From a virus (Duplodnaviria > Caudoviricetes), in IMG/VR virus record IMGVR_UViG_3300036944_000989, positions 1 to 56,772 of that record: DNA of 56,772 bases. One strand, written 5' to 3'. Below the pieces are notes generated by a model. The model saw nothing but the letters and a program-made list of their open reading frames with translations, was not told the origin of the DNA and ran no database searches. The position numbers and the translations under genes are program-made. Below are positions 10,513-24,100 of this stretch, in pieces; the stretch's first letter is position 1, and the number at the start of each line of letters is the position of its first letter.

Positions 10513-13500
10513 ATGGCTGTAGAAAATATTTTTGAAGAAACTCCACAAATGGATTTTAATAATATGATGTCAGGTGATTTACAACAGTCACCTGATTTTG
10601 GTATTAGTAATGCCAGTACTGATATGTCAACTGATACAGATCCTCCTGTAAAAGCAGCTACTGTAAAAAATGATTTGCAAAACATGATCTCACAATCTTT
10701 TAGTGATAGTTTTGCACCTGCACCAAGAACATTACAAAGTGAACTACTTGATGCAAAGAATGTTGAACCTAAATTTTATAATCCAGAAATTGTAGATAAA
10801 TATATATCACAAGACAATTTTGATCCTTATACTTTTAATCCTGAAAATGAAAGTGCTAACATAAAAAGATTTGCACAAGATGAAACATGGGGTGGTGTTT
10901 TAGGTAAAGCATTTGATTCTTTTGCTTTTAATTTTGGAAATACTTTCACAGGTTGGTTTGCAGATTATCCTAAAATGGTTGATGCTATTTTTAGTTTAGA
11001 TTGGGAAAAGATGAAACCAGATGAAGAGAGTCTTATTACTGAATACTATGCACAACAGAAAAACATGAATGAGAATTATGTTTTTGCTGAAGAAGGACAT
11101 GAGAATGATATATTTAGTAAAAAGTTTTTATCTGAGTTTATAGGTAATGCAGGTTTTGCAATGGGAACTGTAGGAGCATTAAGTCTAGAGTTTCTTGCAG
11201 ATGCAGCAATTACAGCTGCAACAGAAGGTGCAGGGTTTCAATCATTTTTTGCAACAACTGCACGTGCATCTGCAAAAATTGCAGCAAGAGAAGCAGCACG
11301 AGAAAGTGCTGAAGCAGGAATAAAAGGAGGAATTAAAGATTTCTTTAAAGGATTCAATGTTGCAGGTAAACCGTTAGATGAAATACCAGATGCATTTAAT
11401 GTATTAAGAGAAGCACAACAAGCAGAAGTGATTGCAGGTTTAGCACATTCTCCTACTATGTCAAGACGTGTAATTAGTAGCTATGCAGACTTGCTTGGAA
11501 ACAATATTTTTAATCTTGGTAAAGCATCAGGTGTTGGTGACTTCTTAGGTAAAGCAATTAAAGCTACACCATTATTAGGTACTAGTATTAGAAATATAGA
11601 AAAGATGGGAGCTGCAAGAGCAGCGGGTGCAACATTACCAGCAATGGTCGGTATGGGTGTTCAATCTGGTAGAAGGTTGATGCAAGAACTTAACATGGCT
11701 GCATCTGAAGCATACTTTGAAGGTATATCATCATATGGTGATACATTAGATAAAATGTATAAGCAGCATGTATTAGAGAATAATGAATCACCTACATATG
11801 AACAGTATGATGCTATGAAAAAACTTGCTGTTAAATCAAGTTCTTCTAACTATGATACTAATATGCAGGTTCTTATTGTTTCAAATCACTTACAATTTGG
11901 AAACTTATTTAATAGATATCTACCCGCAAACAAAGTCGTACAAGATTTATTAGGTGAAACATCAGAAAGAATCCTTACTGTAACAGGTAAACAAGGATTA
12001 GAAGGTGTTATTAAAAAAGGAAAACTTTTAGGTACTGCTGGTATTATAGGAAAGGTGTGGACTGATTTTGGTAAGAAAGAAGCAATCTATCAATTAGGTA
12101 AATCTGCATTACGTAACGTTGCAAGATTTGAAGTAGTAGAAGGTTTACAAGAAAACATACAAGAGACTACTGCAGCAGGATGGAGAGACTACTATGCTGG
12201 ACAATTTAATGGTATTAAATATACATTAGGTGATGCTATGTCAAAAGGGTTTGGTGAGCAATTTACTAAACAAGGATGGAAAACATTCTTAATGGGTGCT
12301 CTGACAGGATCACTTATTAGAATACCAACTAGAGCATTAAATGTAAGTGTTGAAGCTGCTAACAAAGCAATGATTCAGAATCAATACAAAAATGAAGGAG
12401 CAATCAATCCATATGATGCATATGAAAAAAGACTTGATGATGACATTGCTGTATTAAATAATTTTATTAAGAATGCTAAGACTGGTAAATTTGAAGAAAG
12501 ACTTTTTAATTTTAATGCGCAGATATCAGCTGCAAATGATCAAACAGTTTCTGCAGCAGCAGGAGCAGTTTATAATTTTGAAAATGGAAAAGATAATGCT
12601 TTACTAGCTGCTGTATCTGCAGCAAATAGAATTGGTACTACAGATGCATTTGTAAAAACTATTAATAGTACTATTGCAGGAATGGATGCTGAACAATTCA
12701 AAGAAGAGTTTGGTATTGATATTCAGGATACTAAGTATTCATCCCCACAAGAGTTTGCACAGAAAGTTGCAAGTGATGTAAAAATATACACTAAAAAATT
12801 AGAAGACTTTAAACGTGAGTATAGAACAAAATTTGAAGACTTTAATAAGTATGAGTTTGGTACTCAGGATTATATGTTTTCTAGATATATACGCGAGGCA
12901 GAAGAAGAAGCATTACACATTGCTGCATTGAATTCAATCAGTGCAGACATGGCATTACAACGTGCTGAATCTGTTGCTAACGAATTAAGAAAATCTACAG
13001 TACTTGCAAACTCTGCAGATACTGTTTTAAGAACATTAAGTAATAGAGATCAAATTATAGGTGATCTTGGAAATATTAAAGCGCAGGTTAAAGTACTTCA
13101 AGAAAGTTTAAAACAAGAAGGTTTAGATGCTGGTACTGTACGAAGTGTAAAAAAACAAATTAAAGAATTAGAAATTGAATCTGAAAACTTAGTTAAATGG
13201 TATTCATTTTTTGATACACGTAAAGCAATGGCTGAACGTGAAGACAGTCAAAGCACAGATGAGTCTGTAGTTTTTGTAGGTAAGCGATCTAAAAAACATG
13301 CAAGACATAAAAAAATTGCAAATGTTATAACTGAAACAAACAATGTTTATAACCCACAACACAAGGAAGTATTAGCAGCGTTTAAAAAAATATTAAATGC
13401 TAAAAATAAACAAGCAGGTATTGATATAGAAGTTAGTAATAACGAAGCAGAAAAAGCATTGTTACAGTTAATAGATTATATACAACTTGATAAAGACACT

Positions 13501-15147
13501 AAAGACTATTTACAAGCAGTTGAGATACTAACAGATAAAGAAAACTTTAAGAAAGTAACCAAGAATTTACAAAATGGTTATTACAAATACAAGCTTATAT
13601 TATTTAATGATACATTTTTTAATACATTCCAACAAGCATTAAGTGATATTAGTAATGATTTAAATCAAACATTAAACTCTAAAATTACACAAAATGATTA
13701 TGATAAGTTTGTATTGGATGTTCAAAAAGATTTACTACAGTTTAAACCGTACTTAACATTAACTGCTATTATATCAGATACAAACTTTGGTATAGAGCGT
13801 GAGAAAGAAATATCAGAATTACAAGAGAAAATAAATGAATTTATTAAAAGTCGTTTTAGCATATTCATTACAAACTATACAAAAGAAATCTCTAATACAG
13901 AGATATCAGATATAGAGTATAATAAAATAATGCAGGAAAATGACCTTGGTTATATTAGAACAGCATCAATTGCTGAGAAAATAATTGAATCAAATGGTGA
14001 TACGTCTGTTTTATCTGAAAGAGAAAAAGAACTATATGAGAAGTTTACTGAGGAAGTTGATTTAAGAATCAAAGAACGTAAATCAGAAATTGAAAAAGAA
14101 AAGATTATTGAAACAGATGAGGTCCCTGAAGTAGAAACAAATCAATTACCTGAAGATAGCACACAAGAAGATGAACAAGAAGATGACGAAAGTGAAATTT
14201 ATGATGGTGGTGATGATGTAGATAGCTTTACAGGTTATATGAAACCTAGAGGTAAATCTAAAAAAGAAGAAGAAGCACCAGAAGCAAAACCTAAAAGTAA
14301 TAAAAAAGCTGGTACTGAAGATGTACAAAGTTACGAAGAGGAAGAAGAAGAGTTTAACGAAGAGATGTTAGACCAAATGTTTGAAGATGGTGAGATTGAT
14401 GAATCAGAATACATTGCATCTAAAAAAGTATTTGTTGTTACAAATCGTTTGCACAATTTTACAAATAAACCAATTGATAACATGCAAGATGTTATTAATA
14501 ATATTGTATCTGAAATAGATGTACAAGCTTCTAAAAAAGGTAAAACATATTTAACATTTGCAAGTGATCCTAAAAATTCAAAATTCATTGATGCTGTTAT
14601 TAAAAAACATATTTTAAAATCTAACGAAGGAATTGAATTAGAGGATGCACCTGAAGTTGTTTCTGAACCTGAAGTAGTTGTTACAAATAACTTCCCTGAT
14701 AAAAAAGAATTGATGAACATGTCTATTGACTTAGAAGACATTAAAGAAATCAGTGATGTATTATTAGGTGACTTAGTAAGTGCAATTGAAGATGTACCTT
14801 TAGCACCTGCTGAAGCATTACCCGCAGATATTCAAGCATTAATGGGTACAGAGATTACTGCTGAAATACCTATGAATAGAGGTAAAGATAAAACTAAAGG
14901 TATTACTAAAGGTGTAATATCAGATATAAAAATTAATCCTACAAAAAAAGATACTTACAGTATTACTTTAGATAATGGTGAAAGAGTTGCCTGGTCAAAA
15001 GGTAATAAGAAATATGTGTGGGTGCAAGGCATGAATAAATCTAAAACTTCTATTCAGAATTCGGAAAAAAATGTTAACTTTGTTAATGAGGAAGTTAGCG
15101 TAGAAAGTGTCTATGCAAAACTTATAATTAACAAACTTCAATGTTAA
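10513..15147 (+). CDS. Large ejection protein upstream of the virion RNAP, with hydrophobic segments and an acidic linker
   Basis: 1544 aa; G/A-rich hydrophobic segment near 11137-11235; E/D-rich linker near 14110-14410; the only Cys found is the last residue. Confidence 0.7.
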   Translation: MAVENIFEETPQMDFNNMMSGDLQQSPDFGISNASTDMSTDTDPPVKAATVKNDLQNMISQSFSDSFAPAPRTLQSELLDAKNVEPKFYNPEIVDKYISQDNFDPYTFNPENESANIKRFAQDETWGGVLGKAFDSFAFNFGNTFTGWFADYPKMVDAIFSLDWEKMKPDEESLITEYYAQQKNMNENYVFAEEGHENDIFSKKFLSEFIGNAGFAMGTVGALSLEFLADAAITAATEGAGFQSFFATTARASAKIAAREAARESAEAGIKGGIKDFFKGFNVAGKPLDEIPDAFNVLREAQQAEVIAGLAHSPTMSRRVISSYADLLGNNIFNLGKASGVGDFLGKAIKATPLLGTSIRNIEKMGAARAAGATLPAMVGMGVQSGRRLMQELNMAASEAYFEGISSYGDTLDKMYKQHVLENNESPTYEQYDAMKKLAVKSSSSNYDTNMQVLIVSNHLQFGNLFNRYLPANKVVQDLLGETSERILTVTGKQGLEGVIKKGKLLGTAGIIGKVWTDFGKKEAIYQLGKSALRNVARFEVVEGLQENIQETTAAGWRDYYAGQFNGIKYTLGDAMSKGFGEQFTKQGWKTFLMGALTGSLIRIPTRALNVSVEAANKAMIQNQYKNEGAINPYDAYEKRLDDDIAVLNNFIKNAKTGKFEERLFNFNAQISAANDQTVSAAAGAVYNFENGKDNALLAAVSAANRIGTTDAFVKTINSTIAGMDAEQFKEEFGIDIQDTKYSSPQEFAQKVASDVKIYTKKLEDFKREYRTKFEDFNKYEFGTQDYMFSRYIREAEEEALHIAALNSISADMALQRAESVANELRKSTVLANSADTVLRTLSNRDQIIGDLGNIKAQVKVLQESLKQEGLDAGTVRSVKKQIKELEIESENLVKWYSFFDTRKAMAEREDSQSTDESVVFVGKRSKKHARHKKIANVITETNNVYNPQHKEVLAAFKKILNAKNKQAGIDIEVSNNEAEKALLQLIDYIQLDKDTKDYLQAVEILTDKENFKKVTKNLQNGYYKYKLILFNDTFFNTFQQALSDISNDLNQTLNSKITQNDYDKFVLDVQKDLLQFKPYLTLTAIISDTNFGIEREKEISELQEKINEFIKSRFSIFITNYTKEISNTEISDIEYNKIMQENDLGYIRTASIAEKIIESNGDTSVLSEREKELYEKFTEEVDLRIKERKSEIEKEKIIETDEVPEVETNQLPEDSTQEDEQEDDESEIYDGGDDVDSFTGYMKPRGKSKKEEEAPEAKPKSNKKAGTEDVQSYEEEEEEFNEEMLDQMFEDGEIDESEYIASKKVFVVTNRLHNFTNKPIDNMQDVINNIVSEIDVQASKKGKTYLTFASDPKNSKFIDAVIKKHILKSNEGIELEDAPEVVSEPEVVVTNNFPDKKELMNMSIDLEDIKEISDVLLGDLVSAIEDVPLAPAEALPADIQALMGTEITAEIPMNRGKDKTKGITKGVISDIKINPTKKDTYSITLDNGERVAWSKGNKKYVWVQGMNKSKTSIQNSEKNVNFVNEEVSVESVYAKLIINKLQC

Positions 15148-15159
15148 AAACAACATACC

Positions 15160-18100
15160 ATGAATTGTAATTCTTCAGTTGAACACAATAAAGAAATCAT
15201 AAAAGACTTATTAAAACTAGACCCTGTTAAATATAAAAACTTTGACAGGGTTGCTGAGTTTATATTGGATGCTCCAATTGACAATGAAAACAAGTCTGTA
15301 TCATTACATGTTATATCAAATATATTTATAGCACTCGCTGAATACAATCCCTCTTTTGAATCAGGTAAAGCTGCGGAAGTAGCAGGTCTTAGTGAATTAC
15401 TCATTGACATACCTGCACACGTACAAGCTGCAACATCTATTTTAAAACCTTCTAAAAAAATAGTTAACACATATCAAAAACTAATTGATGACTTAGATGA
15501 TGTTTTAAATTCTGATTTATCTAATGAACCAAAATCGTTTTATGCAAACAATGTATTAAAACCTATAAGAGATTTTTTTAATAACTACAAGTTTGTTTCT
15601 CCTGATGAAAAGAAACAAAAGATTCAAGAGGTGTTTACATACTTAAATAAGATAAAAGATGTATCACCGTTTAGTTTATATCTAGAAGATTCGTTTGAAG
15701 AATTAAGTAATGAATTATATAACGTAAACATCTTTAAATCTCTACAAGATATCAAAGATGACAATGTAGATTTAGATACATATATTGTTACATTACAAAG
15801 TAGAGAAGTTGTTGAGGCAGTAAAAGATGACCAGGGGTTTATGACAAATAAACTTACAGGTTTACCAATTGATGAAGCAGATATAGTAGCTCAAAAACTT
15901 GCATTATACCAAAGAGAGTCTGAAAGAAATGATGATAAGATATCACATACTTTTTATAATAATGATTTAGTTTCTGGTTTAAGAATCAAACCCTATAGCA
16001 CAACTGAATCATTTGATGATACTGTTAATGCTTTTGCAGATATTGTTAATCCTGAAAATGAAGTAAAAATTTATGCTGTAAAGATTGATGACTTTGCTGA
16101 TAATCGAGTAGCAGAGATTCAAAGAATAGAAGGATTAGAAAATAGAAATCATGAAACTTTTGAGTCAGAAGCTCAAGTAGAATACTTAAAAGAAAATGCA
16201 GATAACGCTGTAATAGCAATTACACGTGAGAAAAAATCTGAAGAAGTGTTTACTCTTGTTGCTGAAATTGTTAAAGCAGATGGTTCAACATATAATTTTT
16301 ATATATACGGTTTAAATAACTTTGCTGTTTTAAGAGGTGACAACACTACCAGTAAACTTGATTTTACAAGTGTAGATGATTTACAAACTATTCAAGATCT
16401 TGCTGTATTTAGAAATGAAAACGGTAAAATAAAAGATCTTACAGAACATCATTTACTAACTTTAAAAAAGCATGCTGAAAACTTTAACGTATTAAAAAAT
16501 CAGATTGTTAAAAAACTAAATGGTAACGCCAAAACAAATGTACTTGATGTAACAAAAGAGTTTTTTAAAAGTTACAGTTTTGAAAAAGATTTTAAAATTA
16601 AAAAATTTGAACCTCTTAATGAAGCATTAAAAAATAATTCAAATGCGTTTCATGATGTACAAGTAAAAACATATGACGAAAAAGGAAATGTTGTATCTGA
16701 AGAATCAATAAAGATTCCTTTTCTATTTGTTAAACCTTTTTCAAATGCTGTTGATTATAAACCTGTAAACTTTTTAAAAAAGAATCAAAAAATTGTTTAT
16801 AATGATGAAGAATTAGATCTAATAGATTACTTAGAAAAACTTGGATTAGACGGTGATTTTGTAAGTAGTTTATTAGATAGTAAAAATCAAAAATATGCTA
16901 ACTCAATATTCTTAATTAAGAACAAAGAAGGTAAGTATACATATAGAATTGGTAAGTATAGAGAACATATTGATAATGAAGTTTTGTTTTCAAAGTTTGT
17001 TGCTGATTTGAATCTGTATTTAACAGGGGATGTACAAAAAAACTTTGAATCATTTTACGAAAAATATACAATAAGACCTATTAAAAATAAAAATGCAGAG
17101 TCATCATTGGCTCTTGATTTTACAGTAAGTCTTAGTGATCAACTTCAAATTAAAATTGGTACGTTTAAAAACTCAAAAGATTTTGCGGACTTAAAGAAAA
17201 ATGATTTTTACTTTAAGATCCCTAACAAAAGTATAAGAGAGTTACTAAAATCATTCTTACCTTCATCACGTGAGTATGCTTACTTACAACAACAGTTTTC
17301 TTTTTTAAAAGATGTTCAACTATATGATGAAGACAATAACGTTAATTTTAAAAATGTACCTGTAGTTGTAGATAAAATCTTTAACAATGCTCTTGCTGGT
17401 AAAGATCCTATTATCAAAGAGATGTTTGATAACATTGAAAAAGCAAAGATTCAATTTAATAACCTTATCAAAACAAATGTAATTGATGTTATTAACAATC
17501 CTAAAAACAATGAGGAATATGGTGAGTTTATAAAACAAGTTAATGAAGACTTTGGAAGTTTAGATAATTTATTTTTCAATCACTATGATGATCAATTTAA
17601 AACACCGTTTGTAAAATTTGGTGAACTGTCAGTAAATGAAGTAAATGAAGATCTAACAGTGTCATTTAACAACTACGGTCTTGTTAACTCTACTACTAAA
17701 AAATTAATTATTACACCTAAAAAAGCAGGTAACGTTGCACCAACAAGTTCTGTTGTAACAGTTTCTAAACCTGTAAGAAATAAAATAAATACAAAAGTTG
17801 ATAAAACAATTTTAGAAACTACTGTAACAGAAAGAAATAATGAACCCACTTTAGAAGCTCCTGAAACAAGTGTAGTAATTGAAGAAGCGGAAGAACCAGA
17901 AAACTTTGATGATGAGGCACCGTTTTCTGTATTAGAACAAGGTGAGCGACAACTTGCAACTGAACAAGAAATACTTACAGAAGATAAGTGGCTTGCTGAT
18001 ACATATGCTACTGAACTAGGTGTTGAGTATTCCTTAGATGGTATTAAAGATATAATAGAACTAACTAAGTTAGAAGGTTCTGTATTAGGTGCTGTAAAAA

Positions 18101-21100
18101 ATCGTGTAATATATCTAGACTCTAACATGAGAGTAAAAGGTGTATTGTACCACGAAGCATTCCACGGTGTATTTAGATTTATCATGGATGGTCCACAACG
18201 AAGAGCGTTGTTAGATTCTGTAATTAATAATAAAAAATACGCAGCTTTATTTACAGATGCTGCGATTACAAACTTTGCAGAAGACAGAAACTATACATAT
18301 GAGAAAAGTAAACTCATAGACCTTATTGCTGAAGAAGTATTAGCAGATGGTTTCCAAGCATACATGAATAAAAAACAAGCACCTAAAACGATGCTACAAC
18401 AATTCTTTGAGTTCCTAAAAAGAATAATTGCATTCTTTAAAAGACACTCAAATGATATTGATTTAGCATATGAAAAAATTAGAAAGGGTGAGATGCGTGC
18501 CGCTGTTAAAGAAGAGAACCTTTTTAACAACGAGATTGCATTTGATAACATTACAGGGTTATTAAAAAACACTGTTGATCAAAGAACAGGTAATGTAAAA
18601 CAAGTAGCTACTCAATTAGAAAGTTTACAAAACAATGAATTAATAGACTCTGTTGTAGAACAATTATTTAAGATAGATATTGCAAATGAAGATGCTTCGT
18701 TTGAAGATAAATTTAACGAGGCAACAATTTCTTTATTAGAGAATACATGGAACTATGATTTACTAAAAGCACAAATTTCAGAAGATGATACGGAAAAACA
18801 AGCGTTACTTAAAAAATTATTTTATAATAAATTTTCTCAATACAGATTCATACTTGGTGCTAGAATGCGTGGTGTCGTTGTTTATGATTTAAATGATACA
18901 ACCAATCCTGGATTAGATAAAAAGATATACAAAAACAAATACAGAAGAAATGCAAATGAAGCTGTAAAAGATAACACTAATGGTTCTGAGTCATATGAGC
19001 AACTTAAAAAAGCTGTTAAAGAAAAGTATGATCACGTTAAAAACATTCTTAACTACGAAGAAGATTTAGATGACAATGAAGAAAAAGAATTAAACTTATT
19101 AAAAGAATCAGAAAAAAATCTTTATGAGAATCCTCAAAACGAACATGAAGATGAACAAGATGATGCAGTAAGTAATCCTTACGAAGATAAATCACTTGCT
19201 GAGAAAGGTGGTATCCAATCATTACCAAAAGAGTTAAGAGAAATGATGTCAATCTTAAAGTATGAGATTGTACATCCTGAACTTGGTATTAAAATACCTA
19301 AGTATGTAGACGCATATGAAACATTTGGAGTATTGTTAAAAATATCTTCAAATGTTGACTATGATAATATACTTGAAAATATAAAAGTGGTATCAAACAT
19401 GTTGCTTGATGATAACTTGAAAAAGAATTATGATGCTGCAAATGATTTACTTAAAGTATACGAATACATAAAAGAAAAATCTCAAATTGTAACTGACGAA
19501 AATGGTACTATAAAAGTTAGCAATTCTCGTTTTTATAATATCTTTTTAGATACTGTTAAAAAAGCAGCAGTAGATTATATAGTAATTGAACCTAGATTTA
19601 GAACATTCACACCTAGTATGGATGATGATATTGTAGATGACTCTAGTTATGTACAAAAGAAAAAAAGTTCAATGGTTGACTTTGATGTTAGAGATAAAAT
19701 TTTATTTACAGATGTAAACGCAACAAAAAATAAAATTATTAAAAACATTACAGCAACCTACAGTAAAAATAAAAATACACCTGAGTACATTAATGCATTA
19801 AAGAAAATTAATAAATACATAGGTATTATTGCACATAAAGATAATAAATCATTATTCAGTTCTGCTGTAGATGAGTCTGTTAAAATTGAAAAGTACTCAA
19901 AAGAATTATCAGATGCTTTTCAAGAAATAGGAATGGACTTTTCTAAATCATTAATAAGATTGTCATTGTTAGCTATTGATATTCAAGCTAATAAGAATCT
20001 TCCTATGTTAAACACTAATGGGGATTTTTACAAACACTATTTAAACAATGAGCATTTTATACTTGAGAACAAATATTTAGAACTAGACTTTTTTAAAGAT
20101 TTGCAATTACTTATTAATAAACTTTATGCAAAAGAAATAACTAGTTCAGAATTATCTGCTGAGTTAGATGATAATAATGGAGAGTTTTCTCGTTTAAGTC
20201 TTATTATAAGAAACGCAGCTTCTTATTTAACTACATACGACCCTACTGAATTACCAAGTGTATATAGAAATGCTGAAGGTAAACCTGTTTATAGATACTT
20301 ACCTTACACTCCTGTTTTACATATAGCAGAAGATGTTAGAAAATTTGGTGTTGTAAAGTCTTTACAAAATGATGAGTTCTTTGAAAACTCAAAAGATTTT
20401 TACAGTGCTAATCCTTTCTTCAAACCTCTTATGAATAATGAAGACACTGAAGAAGCACGTAGACTAAGATTGTTTTATAAAAACTTTACAGTATCCCTTT
20501 ATGGTGGTGTAAACCAATCAGTTGACGATGGTAAAAAAGACGGTAATGTATTTAAAAATATTGATGATGCGTCTCAGTATGTTTTATACATGTTAGGGTT
20601 CTTAAAAAGAAACACACATAGTGCTAGAGTAAATGGTCAAATAACAAACATTGTTACATTTACAAGAATGTTTACGACTATTGAAGCTACTAACACAAAT
20701 TACTTAATGCCTGCTTTATATGATAGTTATGTAAATAAAGATGGCACCTTTGTAACAAATGAAAATGGTGTTGAAAAACACGTTGACATGTTATTGCAAA
20801 AAGTAAGACAAGAATTTGAAAGAATTAAATCTGAAACTACAGCTGTCACAAAACTTAAAAAAGCATTTGATGCTGATAAAAGAACAGGCGAACGTAAGTT
20901 AGTGAATAAGTATAATGCTGTATTAAATGATGATAATAGTGCTAATGTTACTGATGATGAATTAAGAGCATTTAAGTTTAATTATTTTACACAAATGTTT
21001 AATAATAATCCAGAACTTAAAAACGCATTAATAAGTCATGCAAAATCTAAAAAGAACTTTGATTCATTACCTGAACAAACATTACAAAGTTTAATTCAAG

Positions 21101-24100
21101 CATTAAGAGAATACTCAGATAAAAAATTACAAGATCACTTTAAAAATCTTGTAAGAAAAGATATCATCACTCCTTCAATTGTAAAAAATCAAAATGAAGA
21201 AGGAAAAGTTATTACAACTACTAAGTATACTTCTAAATTATTACCTAAGATTGTTAAAGAAAGTAATAATAAAAAATTAAAAATTGCAAAAGAGTATGGT
21301 AAATCATCAATAACAGATTATAAGAATGTTGTTACTGATGCATTTTATAACTATTGGGTTAATAGTTTATTTGTTAATGAAGTTTTTGATGGTGACATTG
21401 CTCTAGGTGTTAAAAATGCTGTTGACTATAACAAACGTCAAAAGCGTAATGCTGCATCTAACAGTAACTTGAAAAAGGGTACACACAAAGTTGCTTACAT
21501 AGATACGTTATCTGGATATATTCATCCTGAGTATTTAGGATTTGGTCCATATGCTTCGTTAGAAGAAGTAGAAGATGATCCGCGTTTAAAGATTAAAAAG
21601 AATCAAACTATAAGAGAACATCTTATTCGTGATTATGGTAAGAAAGTTATCTTTAATGGTGTTGAAACTGACACAATGCATAAACTTTTTGATGGTCAAT
21701 CTGTATCTGTTTTAATGCACCACATGGATATGTATGAAACAATTGGTAGATTGAATCCTAAAATTAAAGATTTGATTATCAAAAAACATTATTCTCCACT
21801 TAGTGCAGCAGAATTAACTTACTTGAAGAAAAACAAAGTTGTTTTAAATTCTAAAAAAACAGTTACTGCTTCAAGAAGTATATATCATAAACTATCAGAA
21901 ATGTACATTGATAGAAATGATGTAAGCATGTTTGCTATCCCTCTTAATGATTCTCCAGAGAATGCACAGTATGCAAACCTTAATAAGAAAACAGCTTATA
22001 AGTTTTTACATGAGCAGTATAGTAAAATTTATAATTTACGTATAGAGAATCAAGCACGTATCAAACAGAATGATTTTTCATTAAATGATGCTACTGAAGC
22101 TGAGATTAAAACAATATTTAAAGAGATTCATAAGTTCTATCAACCATTACCGCATAGAGTAAAACTACATGAGATGTTAAACTCTATGGAGTATCACAAC
22201 ATTGATCAGTTGATGGATACTGAATCATCAAAACTTGCAACACTTTTACCTACAAATGTAAATAACAAAGATGCTAACGGGTATATAAAATTACAAAGAT
22301 CATCTATTGATGCTCCTAATAGATTTAAATTCTGGCAAGTTGAGACATCTGGAATCAAAACTATTATAAAATACTCTGTACAAAGTAAGGTGTTAATACC
22401 TGCTAACTTACCAGATGTAACTGAGATTATAAAAAAGAAAGGTGTTTCATTAACTGCTGCACAACAGGATGCTATTAAAGATGAAATGAACAACTTGTTG
22501 TTTGATTATCATAGTACTTTAAAAGATGTTGCTATATCGCATGAATCATTGATGCAACTTTTCTTAAAAGATGAAGGTGATGCAAGATTAAACATTGGGT
22601 TTATGTTTGATTTGATTAGAAAAAATCTAGCAGAACAAAATGTAAGTAGTAATAAATTAAGATTATTTGAGACAGATCCTCAAACAGGATTACCTATTCA
22701 CAATGCTAACCTATCTGAGATACGTGATATGCTTAAATATTACTTCTTCTCTCAATATAGTAAGTTTACAGATGAGAAAGGTACAGGTGAGAAGTTTATT
22801 CACATGACTGCATATGGTCATGAAATACTTGTTGATAGTAAAGGTAATACTATATTTACAGAAGACTACAAGAAAAACCCTTCTGCTTATGGTAAAGTTA
22901 AATCAAGACCTTTAGGTATCAGTATAGAAAAACGAAATGGTAAAACTGTATATTTTGTTGAGTGTATTGTACCAAAACCTTTGTATAATAATCCTGAGAA
23001 ATTAGAAAAATACAAAGAGAAGATTTTAAAAATGTTTGCTACTCGTATTCCTACAGAGGATAAACGATCTATGGTTATACTTAAAGTAGTTGACTATATT
23101 GATTCTGCAAACATGACAGGTATTATTGTACCACAATTGGTCCACATTTTAGCGGGTTCCGATTTGGATATTGATACATTGTACACACAACAGTACAGTT
23201 TCTATAGAAACTTTAATGGAAAAGAATTTTTATATGGTGACTACTCAGGATATAATAATGAAAAAGAAGGTAAGTTTATTGAGTATTTAAACTATGTTGC
23301 AAAAGATAAAGACTTTACTACAATCATAAAACGTAACTTAGAAAACATTAAGACTGGCTCTAAAATAATTGATAGTCCCCTTGTACGTAAAGTATTAGAG
23401 TTATCAGGCGTTAAGACTGAGGATTTAAATCAAGCATTTGAGACATTTAAAAATAATAACTTAGATACTATAGATATTGATGAGGTTATTGCTGAACTTG
23501 AAATGTTGAAAAAAACAGCAAAGACTATATCTAATGATGATGCTTACGTTTATAAAAATGATGTAGTACCAAGTGTTCTTGCTACGTTACTTGCAGAAAA
23601 AGGATTAGTTGATAAGATTGAAAATTCTATACAAACTGATGCTGTATTAGGTAGAACTGTTGACAAAGCTAGACTAGATGAATTAGCAAAAATTAGTAAA
23701 GATTACTTTAAAAAAGTAAATCAATTAAAATTCATTGCAGCTTACATGAAGGTGCAGTCTATTTTGCAAACATTGCAAGAACAAAGACTTCCAACAAGTA
23801 TAACTAACTTTCAGAAGAATCCTATTGCAGAATTGATTGTAAAAAATAAATATCAAAATGCAAACCTTGATGCTAAGATTAATATACTTAGTAATGAGTA
23901 TGTATTTAATAATTTATATATCAACGAGCGTTCTTCTACACAAGCATTTTTGAAAATACTTAAAGATTTTGGTATTGACTTAGATGCTGAAAATGCAGAA
24001 ATTGATCAGTTTACAATTGATGGTGTTGTATCATCACGATTGAAAAACGTATTAAGTAAAGCTGGTATTGGTACTACTGCTAATATTAATAAAACACTTG

